Source: Octopus sinensis
Lineage: Eukaryota
Direction: 5' to 3'
NCBI RefSeq assembly: GCF_006345805.1
Contig: NC_043008.1
Location: 22,816,001 to 22,880,000 of the forward strand
Length of the DNA stretch: 64,000 nucleotides
Shown here in pieces: positions 47,786-59,626 of this stretch (positions within the stretch are counted from its first letter, which is position 1; the number at the start of each line of letters is the position of its first letter). A program made the position numbers and the translations under genes. The notes below the pieces were generated by a model. It saw nothing but the letters and a program-made list of their open reading frames with translations. It was not told where the DNA came from and did not search any database.

Positions 47786-48725
47786 ATAGACATTTATATT
47801 TAATCTCAGGACATCCCACTTACTGTGTATCCCTGTTTTAGGATATATATATATACACCTTGTGACAGTGTGTGCTTTAAGTGGCAACTAAAACTGTTAG
47901 CGATAGGAAGAGCACCCAATCATAAATCATTGTCTGAGAAAATATAAGTCATGCCAGCACAGAAAAGCAGAAAGATGATGATGATGATGATGTTAACAAT
48001 GTCAAGGATGATAAAAATTGAAGAACTTATTCCCCCATAGAATTTTCCGCCTGTAGCCATATGGTAGACAAACAGGCTCCTTTGTAGACAACTGAGACAG
48101 ACTGACAGATCAATCAATCAACCAAACAATAAGCTATACAAACAGAGACAACTGTGCACAGAGAGAGAGAGAGGGGGAACAGAAGGGGAAGAGAGAGAGA
48201 GGGAGAGACAGAAGGAGAGACAGAAGGAGAGACAGAAGGGGAAGAGAGAGAGGGAGAGACAGAAGGGGAAGAGACAGAGATGGAGACAGAGACACCCACA
48301 AAACTAGCAAAATAATAGAAGAATGAACTTGGCACAATCTGCATTAAAATTGGGGTGGGTAGGTTATTTTTGGAGTTTTTACCCCCCTTAATCTGTGTAG
48401 TCTCTGCAAATGAAGCTCGAATCAGAATGTATTGATTAAAAGAACACAGGCAATTATAAAAAAAACAGCAGCTTAATCTCCCTCAAACCACATTCCACTT
48501 TCTTGTAAAAGGACATGTCAGATAATGTAACCCATGGAGTGTTCTTTCTTGAAGCGAAAACAAACATCTTTTTTGGTTTGAATGTTTCTGATTATAGGTA
48601 TGCTCAGTTAGGGCTGTCACAGACATATATAAAAGAAAAAAAAAACGCAGAGTGTGGCTTATAAAGCATTGCTTGCCCATGCTTTTTAATTGAACTGAAT
48701 TAATTTTGTGCATTTTTTTCTTTAA

Positions 48726-48944
48726 CCTTTTAGTGTTCAGATTACTCGGTTAAATGTAATACTTTTCCACTCAAATGTTTTGAATTAATCATGCATTATC
48801 TTATATCTTTGAGGTTTCAATGATGTGATTGTTTATATTTAGAATGACATTGTCGGGTAGGTGTGAGAGGCCAGATATTGCCAGTTTGAATATAAGACAA
48901 GTAGAATATCTGGGCCAGATATGGCCGGTTTAAACACTAAAGGG
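48726..48944. mobile_element. piggyBac-type MITE
   Basis: TTAA|CCTTTTAGTGTT ... AACACTAAAGGG|TTAA. Confidence 0.8.
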
Positions 48945-50181
48945 TTAAATAACACCATTATAGGTATTTATACTCCAGTGAAATTAAGAAATCAACTTGT
49001 AAATAAACGAAACCTTCGAATCCAATACTGTACATACACACATACACACACAGTACTGTTTCTATTTTGCAGATTTTCACCTATCGCAGAGGGTTTTGGA
49101 ATGTAACACCCACGATAGTCGAGGGATTACTGTATTCCTCACTTTTGCATTCTAAGTTCAATTTTGCTTTTTTATGTTTTTTAGGGTTAATAAAAATAAA
49201 TGCTATTCCAGCACAGCCATATATACCCCTGGTTGTGTTTTCACAAAGTAAAACCTGCTCCTACTTGTTTGGAATATATGAACCCACCAGGAAGCATCTG
49301 ACCGAGCATATGAAATGTTCAGTAGGGAGTCGACACCCGTAGCTAACAGTTTCATACTGCCCTTCTCTTACAGATTGTGAAAGCTTACCATAACGTTTAA
49401 TCCAAATAGTGAAATTTCAAGACTTCATTTTTTTAATGGGCATATATATGAGTTGAAATTCTGCAGCATATTGCCAAAAGTCAGAAAACATTATTAGTAT
49501 TGTCTTCAAGAAGGTAAGCTGACAGAATCATTAGCATGCCAGACAAAAAAAAAAAAAAAAAAAAAAAAAAAACGGCAGCATTTCTTCCAGTTTTATATTC
49601 TGTGTTATTAAGTTAGACATGGCCTGGGCCTGTACTAGCTGAAACCTGTCAAAGATATCCACTGAGGTCAACTTTCCTTTCATCCTCTTGACGGCGATGA
49701 TAAAAATAAGTACCAGTTGAGCACTGGGGGTCAATGTAATCGACAAGCCTTTCCCTTCACAATTTAAGGATTGTGCTTATAGCAGAAAGAATTATTATTA
49801 TCATCAGGATCAGAAGTCAGTAATCTGGCACAGAAACATTGGAGCATTAGAAGAAGAAAAAAAACAACTTTTCCCAGCATTTCTTCTAGTTCTTTGCCTT
49901 CTGAACTGAAATCCCGCCGAGGTCAAACTTTCACATTCATCCCTCCTTCAGTGTTGACAAAATAAAGTAGCAGTCACATACTGGGGTTGATTTAACTAGC
50001 CACCCACCACCTGCCGCCCCCCAAACCCCAGCCCCTAAAGTTTTTGTTCTTGTGCTTAAATTAGAAAGAATTATCGTCAGAATCACACAGCTGATGACTG
50101 GGTAACTGAATTTGTTTGTACTCTGGTCTCGTAAATAGCATTTAACCCCATCCCACCCCACCCCACCCTCTTCCCTTAGAG

Positions 50182-50839
50182 CAGTGTTTCTCAACTTTTT
50201 TACCCTTGCATAACCCTTAAAATAAATTGCATGTCTCAAAGAACCCCTACATGAAAAAAATTATATATCATGTCTTTCTCACATTGTTTTCATCGCAGTT
50301 CATGTGGTAAATATCATATATATATATATATATATATATGTAAAAAGTAAAAAATATATACAAACTGGGACCTAGAAGACGACACCTAGAAACACCTAGA
50401 AGACGACACAAGAACCACAGGACAGGACATTCGAAGCCCTCAGTCATCAGTCAAGAACCAGATCATCCTTGCAATTTCGGCTGATACAAAATGGGACAAG
50501 AACGCAAAACATCTGGACAGTTAGGTGATACAAAAACATCCAGATAGACAATACAAAAGAAACAAGGACGGGTCATTCGAAGCCTTCAATCCTCAGTCAA
50601 GCACCAGATTATCATTGCAATTTCAGCTGATTATATATATATATATATAGTTGTTATATTTTTTTTTATAACATAAAAGATTAGCTAGGATGATGTCTAT
50701 ATTACAATATTACAATAACCAATAATATGTTGTGCATGTATAGTAATATAACCATCATGAAATTAGCATTAGCTTATCTCACTCTTTCTCGCAGACCCTT
50801 AGGGTTCTGGGCACACCCCCACACGGTTGAGAAACACTG
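50182..50839. mobile_element. hAT-type MITE with perfect 8-bp TSD and a nested insertion (~50310-50650)
   Basis: TIRs CAGTGTTTCTCAAC and GTTGAGAAACACTG; TSD CCTTAGAG at 50174-50181 and 50840-50847. Confidence 0.9.
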
Positions 50840-52481
50840 CCTTAGAGACTCACAGAGTTAGGTCAGTTTGCTTGTTTTTCTTTGTCAGAATTTGATAAAG
50901 ATATAGCAAGTGTGAAGGTGCCAATTGTCTCAATAGCCTAATAAAATGTAGCCAACAAAAACACAAAATACTTAGGTGTCAAGTGTTGCTGCTAAGAGAA
51001 GGAGAGAAGAAAAAAATCACTATATTTCAGTCAGGTAGCAGCCACTCCTGTTCTCCCTTTTGGATGTTATCAAGGCAAACGGCCAAATAGATAAGCAATA
51101 ATTTCCATTTTTATATGAAACAGCTTTTGATTAAAAGGAAACAACATACGCGTTTAGTTACTTTCCTTTACAATGTTTCTAGCGTCTATTTTATTTTTTA
51201 TCTGACAAAGGAAAAAAATAAACCAGTAAAAAATGCCATGGAACAGATCAAGACAGACACAACATACAATAACATTTCACTAATATCAATTCCTATACTT
51301 AAGTTAATTTCATGCAGCAAATGGGAATTATTAACACATATTTCACTTTGACATTCAACAGAAACTAAATTATCTACTGAAATAATTCTGAATATGTTGT
51401 GTGAAAAAAAAAAAGCACAAGGGAGGGGGAAAAAAATGAGACAGAAAGAAATCAATACAAGTCAATTCCTGTTAAACTGATCGTATTGATCAACTTTATT
51501 TTAGCTTGTTTTTATATCTACTGATGAGTTTAAAACAAACCTAGCAAGTGAAGAGTAAGATTTTTTTTTCGTCTTTCTAGTCAGAAGGGAAACCAATAAC
51601 CATGGCACTTTACCAAGACCTCTGGGATGGACAATCCTACAGTTTTATTCAAGGTGTTTCCTATAAGGGTGGGAAATGTTCATATGACGAAAACATTTTT
51701 TATTAAATACATTTTAAAGATGTATAATTCCCCATTCTTCATTATTATGTCTTGATAATATACTCTATATTCTACATGAAATCCATTGAAGCAAACTCAG
51801 GATTTACTAATTGAAGGGAGTACAGTTTAATTGTTTATTCTAAACAATTGAAAATATTTCTTATCATTCAACACGGTTAGCCAAGTCAGGATTTTATCAG
51901 AGCAATCATAAGATATTTGCCTAGATTTAAAATCCCTGTTCTTTTGCGTAATAATTCTGAACATGGATGGATGAGTACATAGGTTGATGGATGGATAGAT
52001 AGACAGACAGATAGGCAGATAGGCAGGAATATAGAGACAGACAGGCAGGTAGATAGACAGACAGATAGGCAGGTAGATAAATAGACAGACAGACAAATAG
52101 ACAGGCAGATGTATAAATATATGATGTTATGCATTTTGGTGAGGAGAGGTTACTGAAGAGACAATAAACCCCAAACTCCAGTATGTGATGGTGACTTGTG
52201 TTACTACTGACCTTTCCCCCACCCCATGGATAGCTGAAATTTACTATAAGAGAAAAGACAAGAAATGACTACAAACCTTCATTGCTAGACAGTTGAGGGT
52301 TAAAATATACTCCTGGAATTGTTATTTATTGTTCATTAGTTGCCTGCAGAGGTCTCTCTCTATTCCACTGCATGGAAAGATTTTTTTCAGGAAATGACCA
52401 ACAAACGATGTTTTACATTATGTCTGCTGCAAATTAAAAATAGAAAATTCAATTAGTTTCACAAAGTAAAGTTATTATTAT

Positions 52482-52532
<51 letters not shown>

Positions 52533-52544
52533 CAGCAACAACAC

Positions 52545-52750
52545 CAACAGAAGAATAGAGGAAATAGGCATAAACCACAGTTTAGTACAGCTTCAGAAAA
52601 CAGTGTTGTTAAGGGCAGCCAGGATACTTAGGAGGATTCTCGACATCTAAGGTTACTTGTAGCCCAGTAGCCCAATGTTAGGAATTTCTTTTCCAACAGA
52701 CTTAATTTGTTGTGTCTATACAAATGATACTGATGATGATGATGATGATG
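52545..52750 (+). mobile_element. 3' end of an R4/Dong-like (RLE-type) non-LTR element in an AAT/AAC microsatellite
   Basis: SLVQLQKTVLLRAARILRRILDI* resembles the LQK..LLGTARILRKVL terminus. (AAT)n lies upstream and (GAT)n downstream. Confidence 0.5.
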
Positions 52751-52839
52751 ATGATGATAATCCTTTCTATTAAAGGTACAAAGCTTGAATTTTTGGGAAG
52801 GGGACTAGTTGATTACATCAATCCCAGTATCAACTGGTG

Positions 52840-53158
52840 CTGGGATCTGGGAGCCGTTTTAAGTAGGCTGAGGGACATCTCACTCCACCCTCAAAAATCT
52901 AGCGTCTGTTTCACCTTTATCTTCTGTGGTAGGATATATTTTGTGTTCTTTCGTAGGTCATCATTATCAAATATTTCGGTAGTAAATGTACTCCTTAGGT
53001 CTGTCCTTGATAACAGGTACACAGTGCAAAGTAGGATCACATTACTGTTTTTGTGGGACATTCTGCTACAATACAAGATAAAGGTGAAATAAACACTAGA
53101 TTTTTGAGGGTGGAGTGAGATGTTCTTCAACCTACTCAACACGGCTCCCAGATCCCAG
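52840..53158. mobile_element. Foldback element with ~85-bp inverted arms and a unique ~150-bp core
   Basis: CTGGGATCTGGGAGCCG..CATCTCACTCCACCCTCAAAAATCTAG..TTTCACCTTTATC has its reverse complement at 53078-53158. Confidence 0.75.
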
Positions 53159-53502
53159 TTTTGCCTCATAACTTATCCTACTAGCTTGGACGTTAATGAG
53201 GAGAAGAAAATTGAACAATGCAGTCCTTCATACATGCACATACACAAGATGAGGTGGCCATGGCTAGAGCAGGCTTTATCACAGGTTTGCTCACAATTCA
53301 ATCCAGAAGTTTGGTGAGCAATGGTGTTGGGGACTGAACAATGTAGAACAATGTATGCATGCATACATACTCGGTTTCACAGAGCAAAGTGCAAAAGGAA
53401 CTGACAGATATTCTCCAAATCCAATCTATAAGTGGCACAGTGAATACTTGTAAGACATTCCAAAAATTCTCTCTCTGAGATTCTTATGTGAATAAATGCA
53501 CA

Positions 53503-53525
53503 CAAATGTCCAGTACATACATATA

Positions 53526-53565
<40 letters not shown>

Positions 53566-54613
53566 CCACCATCTCCCTTTCTCTCCTTTCTTTTCCAACT
53601 GGGATATCCATGTGTTTCCTCTACAGCAAGACATGTATCTCTATCACTCTACTCTACATTATTCTTTCTAATCTCTCATCAACAGGTACGAATCCTCTTC
53701 CCTCAATACTATATCTCCTCCCAGTCAAGGGATTTTTGCCTTGCAAGTTGCTGTGTGACGCCTGCTAGCACTTGTGCCACACAAAAACACCCAGCACACT
53801 CTGTAAAGTGGTTGGTGTTAGGAAGGGCATCCAGTCATAAAAACCATGTCAAAACAGGCAACACAACTTGGTCACACTCCTCTGGCTTGCCGGATGCTCT
53901 CCAAATGTCCAATACATACATATATGTGTGTGTGTGTGTGTATATATATATAGCCCAACCTTTGCCAACATGGACAACGGATATTAAATGGTGATGACAT
54001 ACATATATACAAACACGTACAAGCACACACACACACACCCTAATATTTCCAGGAATTACTAAGGCAACGGTTCCCAACCTTTGGTCTGCAGACCCCTTGG
54101 TGGTCCACAAAGAAAGTACTGGTGATCCGTGAACTAAATTCAAAATTTCGTATACTGTATTTTAACGTGCAAAAAGAACCCTGGCTGGATCAGATATCTC
54201 ATACCTACCCTATAATGTCTTTTTAAAAATAAACACTCATATCATTGAAATCTCAATTTTTTTTATCTCTTAAAATATTACACGTTTGTGATATTTCAAA
54301 TGCAGTATCGCCATTAAAACAACAGAAAAAGGTGGAAAAAGTTGTCAACAAATAGCCATGGGAGTTGAACCCACATCCCCCAAGACACCAGCTGATTGCT
54401 TTACCATTAAGCTAAACTGTCCACTGACAATAACTACACTGATTTTAATAGATAGCTTTCTGAAATGTAACAACCCCCAGGAAAACATGGGATGAGATGG
54501 TGAAGCATGACCTTCAAATGTTGGGCCTTATAGAGGTAATGACAAGTGACCTAGACCTTAGGAGATATGCTGTGCTTGAGAAGACCCAGCAAACCAAGTG
54601 AGATCATGGCTGA
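53503..54613 (+). repeat. Segmental duplication copy B
   Basis: Colinear with 44423-45150 plus 45830-46270. Confidence 0.9.
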
Positions 54614-54614
54614 A

Positions 54615-54765
54615 GACTGTTCCTGGCTGGTTGTAATGCCATAGTCTCTTGTTGACGTCTCTTCTTTTCTTTCCATTTTTCCTCTCTCTCTCTCTGTCAC
54701 TCCTTTGTATTCCCTCTTTTACGGTACGTCGCCATTCTCCACGGTTGCCGGCAACTGCTATATAT
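54615..54765 (-). mobile_element. RTE(BovB-like) C-terminal fragment
   Basis: AGNRGEWRRTVKEGIQRSDRERERK..KRR resembles RTE A.DR..WR..V..G...E..R. Confidence 0.5.
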
Positions 54766-54792
54766 ATATATATATATATACACATATATATA

Positions 54793-55880
54793 GAGGGTGC
54801 ACAAGATACTTGAGGACAGATTTATGTTTATAAAAAAAACAGATATATAACAACAGATAATAACTTTATTTATAAAAAAATGCTATGAGGATAAAAATAA
54901 ACTTTCTTTTCTATGTTATTCAATAAAGCCACCTTAAACTTCAACAAATGCTTCTATATGAGATCTAAATCATCTACATGGTCTGGGTTCATGTTGGACA
55001 TTACTCTGACTATGGCAGCTTTCAAAGAATCTTTGGTGTTATGGGCATGTTCAATGATTTCTCTCTCTCTCTCTCATATAATAATCCAATGGACTGAGAA
55101 CTGGGAAATTAAGATATCAAATGTTAGGGGTTATGTGATCATGAAAATTTTCAGCCATCCATTGACACTGTCTATCCAGGACTTAACAACTGTTTCCAGG
55201 ACCTCAATGTAGGTGGCAGAGTTAACTCTGAGGCCTTGTAGAAAGAAGTAAGGAGACATCACATGTCCTTCATTGCTGACAAACCCTAAAACCATGACAG
55301 TTGCAGGAAATTTTGTATGCATAACACTTGGAACTTCAGAAGGGTCTGCACATAACAATCTGTCATTTCTTCTGTTAACTTTTTGATCTTAGTTCAAGTT
55401 TTTCTCATTTGAGAAAAAGTAAATCAAATCTTCTGCTGGATTTTTCAGTTTTTTTAAGGGCCTTTTAGATCTGATGTAGTATGATTTTCTTTTGTTTTTT
55501 CTGACAAACTGACCTCTCCTCGTCATATAAAACTGATATCTGATGTCTTTGTGGACAACATTGCTGACTGTTCCTTCTGACACATGGAGATCTTATGCAA
55601 TTGACCTCTTGGACTTTCTGGGATTGTAATCAATGGTCTGTTGAACTTACTGGATAAATTCGAGTTTTCTGATGATTTCAGAGCGTTTAAAATGCTTTTT
55701 ATGCTTTGATAATGGTGATACGTTTCCATTTTCAGTATCTAGCTCCTTACAAACTTTGTAGACGAAAGAACTGACAACTTTTAAAAATCGAGATATTTCC
55801 AAATCACTATGCTCAGTCTTTGTAACCACAATAACAACATGCCTCTTCATTTCTTGATGAAGAAGCATATTGTTAATGAA
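54793..55880 (-). mobile_element. maT (DD37D-type) Tc1/mariner transposon relic, internally deleted
   Basis: FFSNEK..NRRNDR..VPSVMHTKFPATVMVLG.VSNEG..FF.QGLRVNS.TY..VL..VVK.W, then SPLDYY and GGFIE*. The catalytic spacing cannot be counted because of the deletion. Confidence 0.75.
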
Positions 55881-55889
55881 GGGGCATGT

Positions 55890-56077
55890 AGTTAATGAAG
55901 ACCGTCATTGAGAAAGATCCACATAAAACCACTCGAGAACTGGAAAAAGAACTTCAACTTAGCCAGAAAACTGCCTGCAACCATTTGCATGTGATAAGAA
56001 AAGCAAAAAAGCTTCACAAATGGGTACCACACGATTTGAATGAAAATCAGAAAAAGCACAGACATGAAATTTATTGA
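55890..56077 (+). mobile_element. mariner transposase fragment
   Basis: DPHKTTRELEKEL..KWVPHDLNENQK contains the mariner WVPHEL motif. Confidence 0.8.
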
Positions 56078-56270
56078 TAGTTATTAAAGTCTAAAACTTC
56101 AGTTGCCTCAATTTCAGGACACTGCGCACGTGCGTGTGTGTGTCTGCCATAGTGAGAGTAATGTCCAAAATGAACCAGGACCACTTGATTTGAGCATGTA
56201 GATGATTCAGATCTCATATAGAAGCAGTTGTTGAAGTTTAAGGTGGCTTTATTGAATAACATAGAAAAGA

Positions 56271-56316
56271 AAGTTTATTTTTATCCTCATACATATACAC
56301 ACATACATATATGTAA

Positions 56317-56362
<46 letters not shown>

Positions 56363-56404
56363 TTACATATATGTGTGTATATGTATGAGGATAAAAATAA
56401 ACTT
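56271..56404. repeat. Foldback palindrome centred on (TA)n
   Basis: AAGTTTATTTTTATCCTCATACATATACAC..GTAAATGTA and its reverse complement flank the TA run. Confidence 0.85.
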
Positions 56405-56490
56405 ATATATATATATATATATATATCTCATGTTGGAACGTTGAACTCTGCACATTTTTTTCTCTCTACATTTCTTTTTCTTCTTAATCA

Positions 56491-56525
56491 TTTCTGTCAA
56501 AGAACATAGACTCGAAACGTAAGAC
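56491..56525 (+). ncRNA. Decayed hammerhead-like motif, CUGUNGA family, in a (TA)n-embedded cassette ~56430-56605
   Basis: ttt-CTGTCAA-agaacatagactc-GAAAC-GTA-agac. The cassette flanks are homologous to 15385-15585. Confidence 0.4.
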
Positions 56526-57094
56526 TTTTCTATTCTTCTCGAGTGTTAAACTAATACACCGGTTTGTTGCTCCTACACCTGTCTTCATCTTTTTTTTTCC
56601 TATATGTGTATATATATATACACACACAACGTGCTTCCACAGAGTCTCCATAGACTAAATTCATTCATAAGGTACTGGTTGGGCCCCATGGCTATCATAG
56701 AAGACCCTTGCCTAAGTTACCTCATGGTTAGACTGAACTTGAAACCATGTAGTTGCAAAGTGAATTTCTTAAGCACAGAGCCACTCCTGAAGTGGAAAAG
56801 AATCCTCACTCATTTTCAGACTTGTTCTTGGAATACTAGCAACGGTGGGAAGTCAAGTGGCAACATTAAACCAGGTGGAGGACTAAGATTAAGAAATTGC
56901 GCTACTGTTGATAAAGTACATGACTAGAAAAAAGGGCAGTTAACCTAGTTTACTGCTTTCCTTTTGTGGTAATGGAATTGTGTTGTCCCTTATAATGAAG
57001 GAACTACTTCACAAACATCTTTATAGTTTGTTGTGGTTGTTGTTGTTGTCGTGGTTCAGAACTTGATAAAACACATCTTGTGTGTATGCGTAAG

Positions 57095-57215
57095 TTGCAG
57101 GTGTGGCTTTGCGGAGGAAGTTTGCTTCCCGGGGCAAATGTCTTCTACTATAGCCTCCGGCCAACCAAAGTCTTGTGAGTGGATTTGGTAGAAGGAAGCT
57201 GAAAGAAGACCGTCG

Positions 57216-57246
<31 letters not shown>

Positions 57247-57248
57247 TA

Positions 57249-57279
<31 letters not shown>

Positions 57280-57472
57280 AAGTTAATCCAAAGAAGAAAA
57301 CACAAAGAAACACAACAACGCGAGGACGTGGAACAAATAAAGTATTATTGGACGCTCAGGAAAGAAGGAGGGTTTAATGTTTCGAGCGGAGCTCTTCGTC
57401 GGAAACATAGGAGAAGGAAAGATCCCAAGAAGGGAAGACAGAGGAAAAAAATCACCAGCGGTACTCACGAGG

Positions 57473-57516
<44 letters not shown>

Positions 57517-57740
57517 TATATATATATGTATGTATGTGTGTGTGTTTGTTTTTGTGTGTTTGTCATCCCAACATCACTTGACAACCAATGCTCGTGTGTT
57601 TATGTACTCATAACTTAGCAGTTCAACAAAAGAGACCAATAGAATAAGTACTAGGCTTACAAAGAATAAGTCCTGGGGTCAATCTGCTCAACTAAAGTCA
57701 GTGCTCCAGCATGGCCACAGTCAAATGACTGAAACAAGTA
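57095..57740 (+). mobile_element. SINE family A split at its internal (TA)n by a hammerhead cassette (~57278-57476)
   Basis: Head at 57095-57215 and tail at 57540-57740. Confidence 0.75.
57372..57406 (-). ncRNA. Hammerhead-like motif with CCGACGA core (same family as 33142)
   Basis: gttt-CCGACGA-a-gagc-tcc-gctc-GAAAC-ATT-aaac. The ACGT palindrome is altered by a CpG-type G>A change. Confidence 0.55.
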
Positions 57741-58668
57741 ATATATATATATGTATATACACACACACACACATATAAATATATATATATATATATATAA
57801 AATATATTTGGGAAAACGGATGTTAAATGGTGATGGTGACATATATATTCTTTCAGGGCATCCAGCTGTAGAAACACTGCCAGATCAAACTGGAGCCTGG
57901 TGCAGCCTCCTGGCTTCCCAGACCCCAGTCGAACTGTCCAACCCATGCTAGCATGGAAAGAGGACGTTAAACAACGACGATGATGATATATATATATGCA
58001 TACGACATCATCATTTTTATTATTATTATTACAAAAGGTAGTTAGCTAGCAGTCATGACAGATACCAGTGTCATGCAAATGGCACTTATGCCAGTGGCAC
58101 ATAAAAGCACCCATTACACTCTCGGTGTGGTCGGCATTAGAAAGGGCATCCAGCTGTAGAAACCATGCCAAATCAGATTGGAGTCTGGTGCAGCTTTCCA
58201 CTTTATCCATGCCTGGTCAAACCATCCAACCCATGCCAACATGGACAACGAATGCTAAATGATGATGATGATGAATGATTTCTTTTCAAACAGATTTTTA
58301 CTAGTCTGAATATGTTTACATAAATATGAAAAACTGACACCGTGATGTGATAAATATGAAAAACTATGACAGTTTGATGCCAGACATAATTCAATTTCCA
58401 CAGTGATTTTTGAAAGTGACAAAACATTCTTCCAGGTATCAAAACATTTATATCATGAGGTCAGCAAGTTTTTCAATAACTTTGATTTTCATTTAAAACG
58501 TTTGTTAAAACTTAAATAGGTTTTACTACATACAAAAAAAGGTTAATAACATTAGGTAGACTAAATTCAATGCATAAAAGTATTAAATCATCTTTTGTAT
58601 TTAGCAAAACATGTAGTATGCCATCTTAAATGCAGGAGTTGTCAGAAAGGTGTGTAAACACATTGTGT

Positions 58669-59065
58669 GTACAGGAGTGGCTGTGTGGTAAGAAGCTTGC
58701 TTCCCAACCACATGGTTCCAGGTTTAGTCCCACTGAATGGCACCTTGGGCTAGTGTCTTCTACTATAGCCTTGGGCCGACCAAAGCCTTGTGAGCCTTGT
58801 GGTAGACAGAAACTGAGAGAAGCCCTTCGTATATGTGTGTGTGTGTGTATGTGTGCATTTATATGTGTGTGTGTATTTGTGTCTGTGTTTGTCTCCCCCC
58901 CCCACCATCACTTAACAACCAATGTTGCTGTGCAGTCCCTGTAACTTAGCAGTCCAGCACAAGAGACCAATACAAAGAATGAGTCCTGTGGTTGATTTCT
59001 TTGATTAAAACCCTTTAAGGTGGTGCCCCAGCATGGCAAGTCAAATGACTGAAACATGTAGAAGA
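58669..59065 (+). mobile_element. SINE family A
   Basis: Colinear with the other copies but more diverged. Confidence 0.8.
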
Positions 59066-59327
59066 ATATGTAAGTGAATGTATGTGTGTGTGTGTGTTCC
59101 TAAAACTTCCCCACTCTCCCTTCACACCCTCGCAAACCTACCTGCACATAATGTGTTTCTGTTAAATCTCTTCTCCACGACATATCCTATGCAAGAAATC
59201 ATTAATATCAAAGGTGAAAGGAAGTGGAATAGCAACAGCTAAATTAACAGCAATGCAGCATTGAACCTGGCTCTCCACAATTGGCAGTAAACAATGTGTG
59301 CAACGGGAGTCTTAAAGATTTTGTGTT

Positions 59328-59626
59328 TTGTTCCTTCTCGGGCCATACCTGGCTCATAACAGCCAGTTTCCCGGTTTCCTTGGTGTATAGGTTCCCCACC
59401 TGGACGGGACACTGGTCCGTCACAGGTGAGCTGCTAGATGCAGGAGGAAAGATTGAGAATAAGTTGTGGTGAAAGAGTCAGCAGAAGTTCGCCATTACCT
59501 TCTGCCGGAGCCGCGTGGAGCTTAGGTGTTTCGCTCATAAACACACACACATCGCCTGGTCTGAGATTCGAACCCGCGATCCCTCGACTGCAAGTCCGCT
59601 GCTCTAACCACTAGGCCATGTGCCTC
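59328..59626 (-). mobile_element. SINE family C, full length
   Basis: Colinear with 28103-28396; intact box B GGTTCGAATC. Confidence 0.85.

Noticed and set aside
24632-49513. Candidate small exons at ~24632-24733, ~31224-31360 and 49467-49513
   Set aside because: Splice-like dinucleotides only. They have stops in all frames or no recognisable peptide, and such sites are expected by chance.
50420-50610. Two minus-strand CTGATGA/CTGAGGA...GAAT motifs in a duplicated repeat
   Set aside because: They have GAAT instead of GAAA and no stem I pairing, which is too weak to call. They may be a decayed or divergent family.
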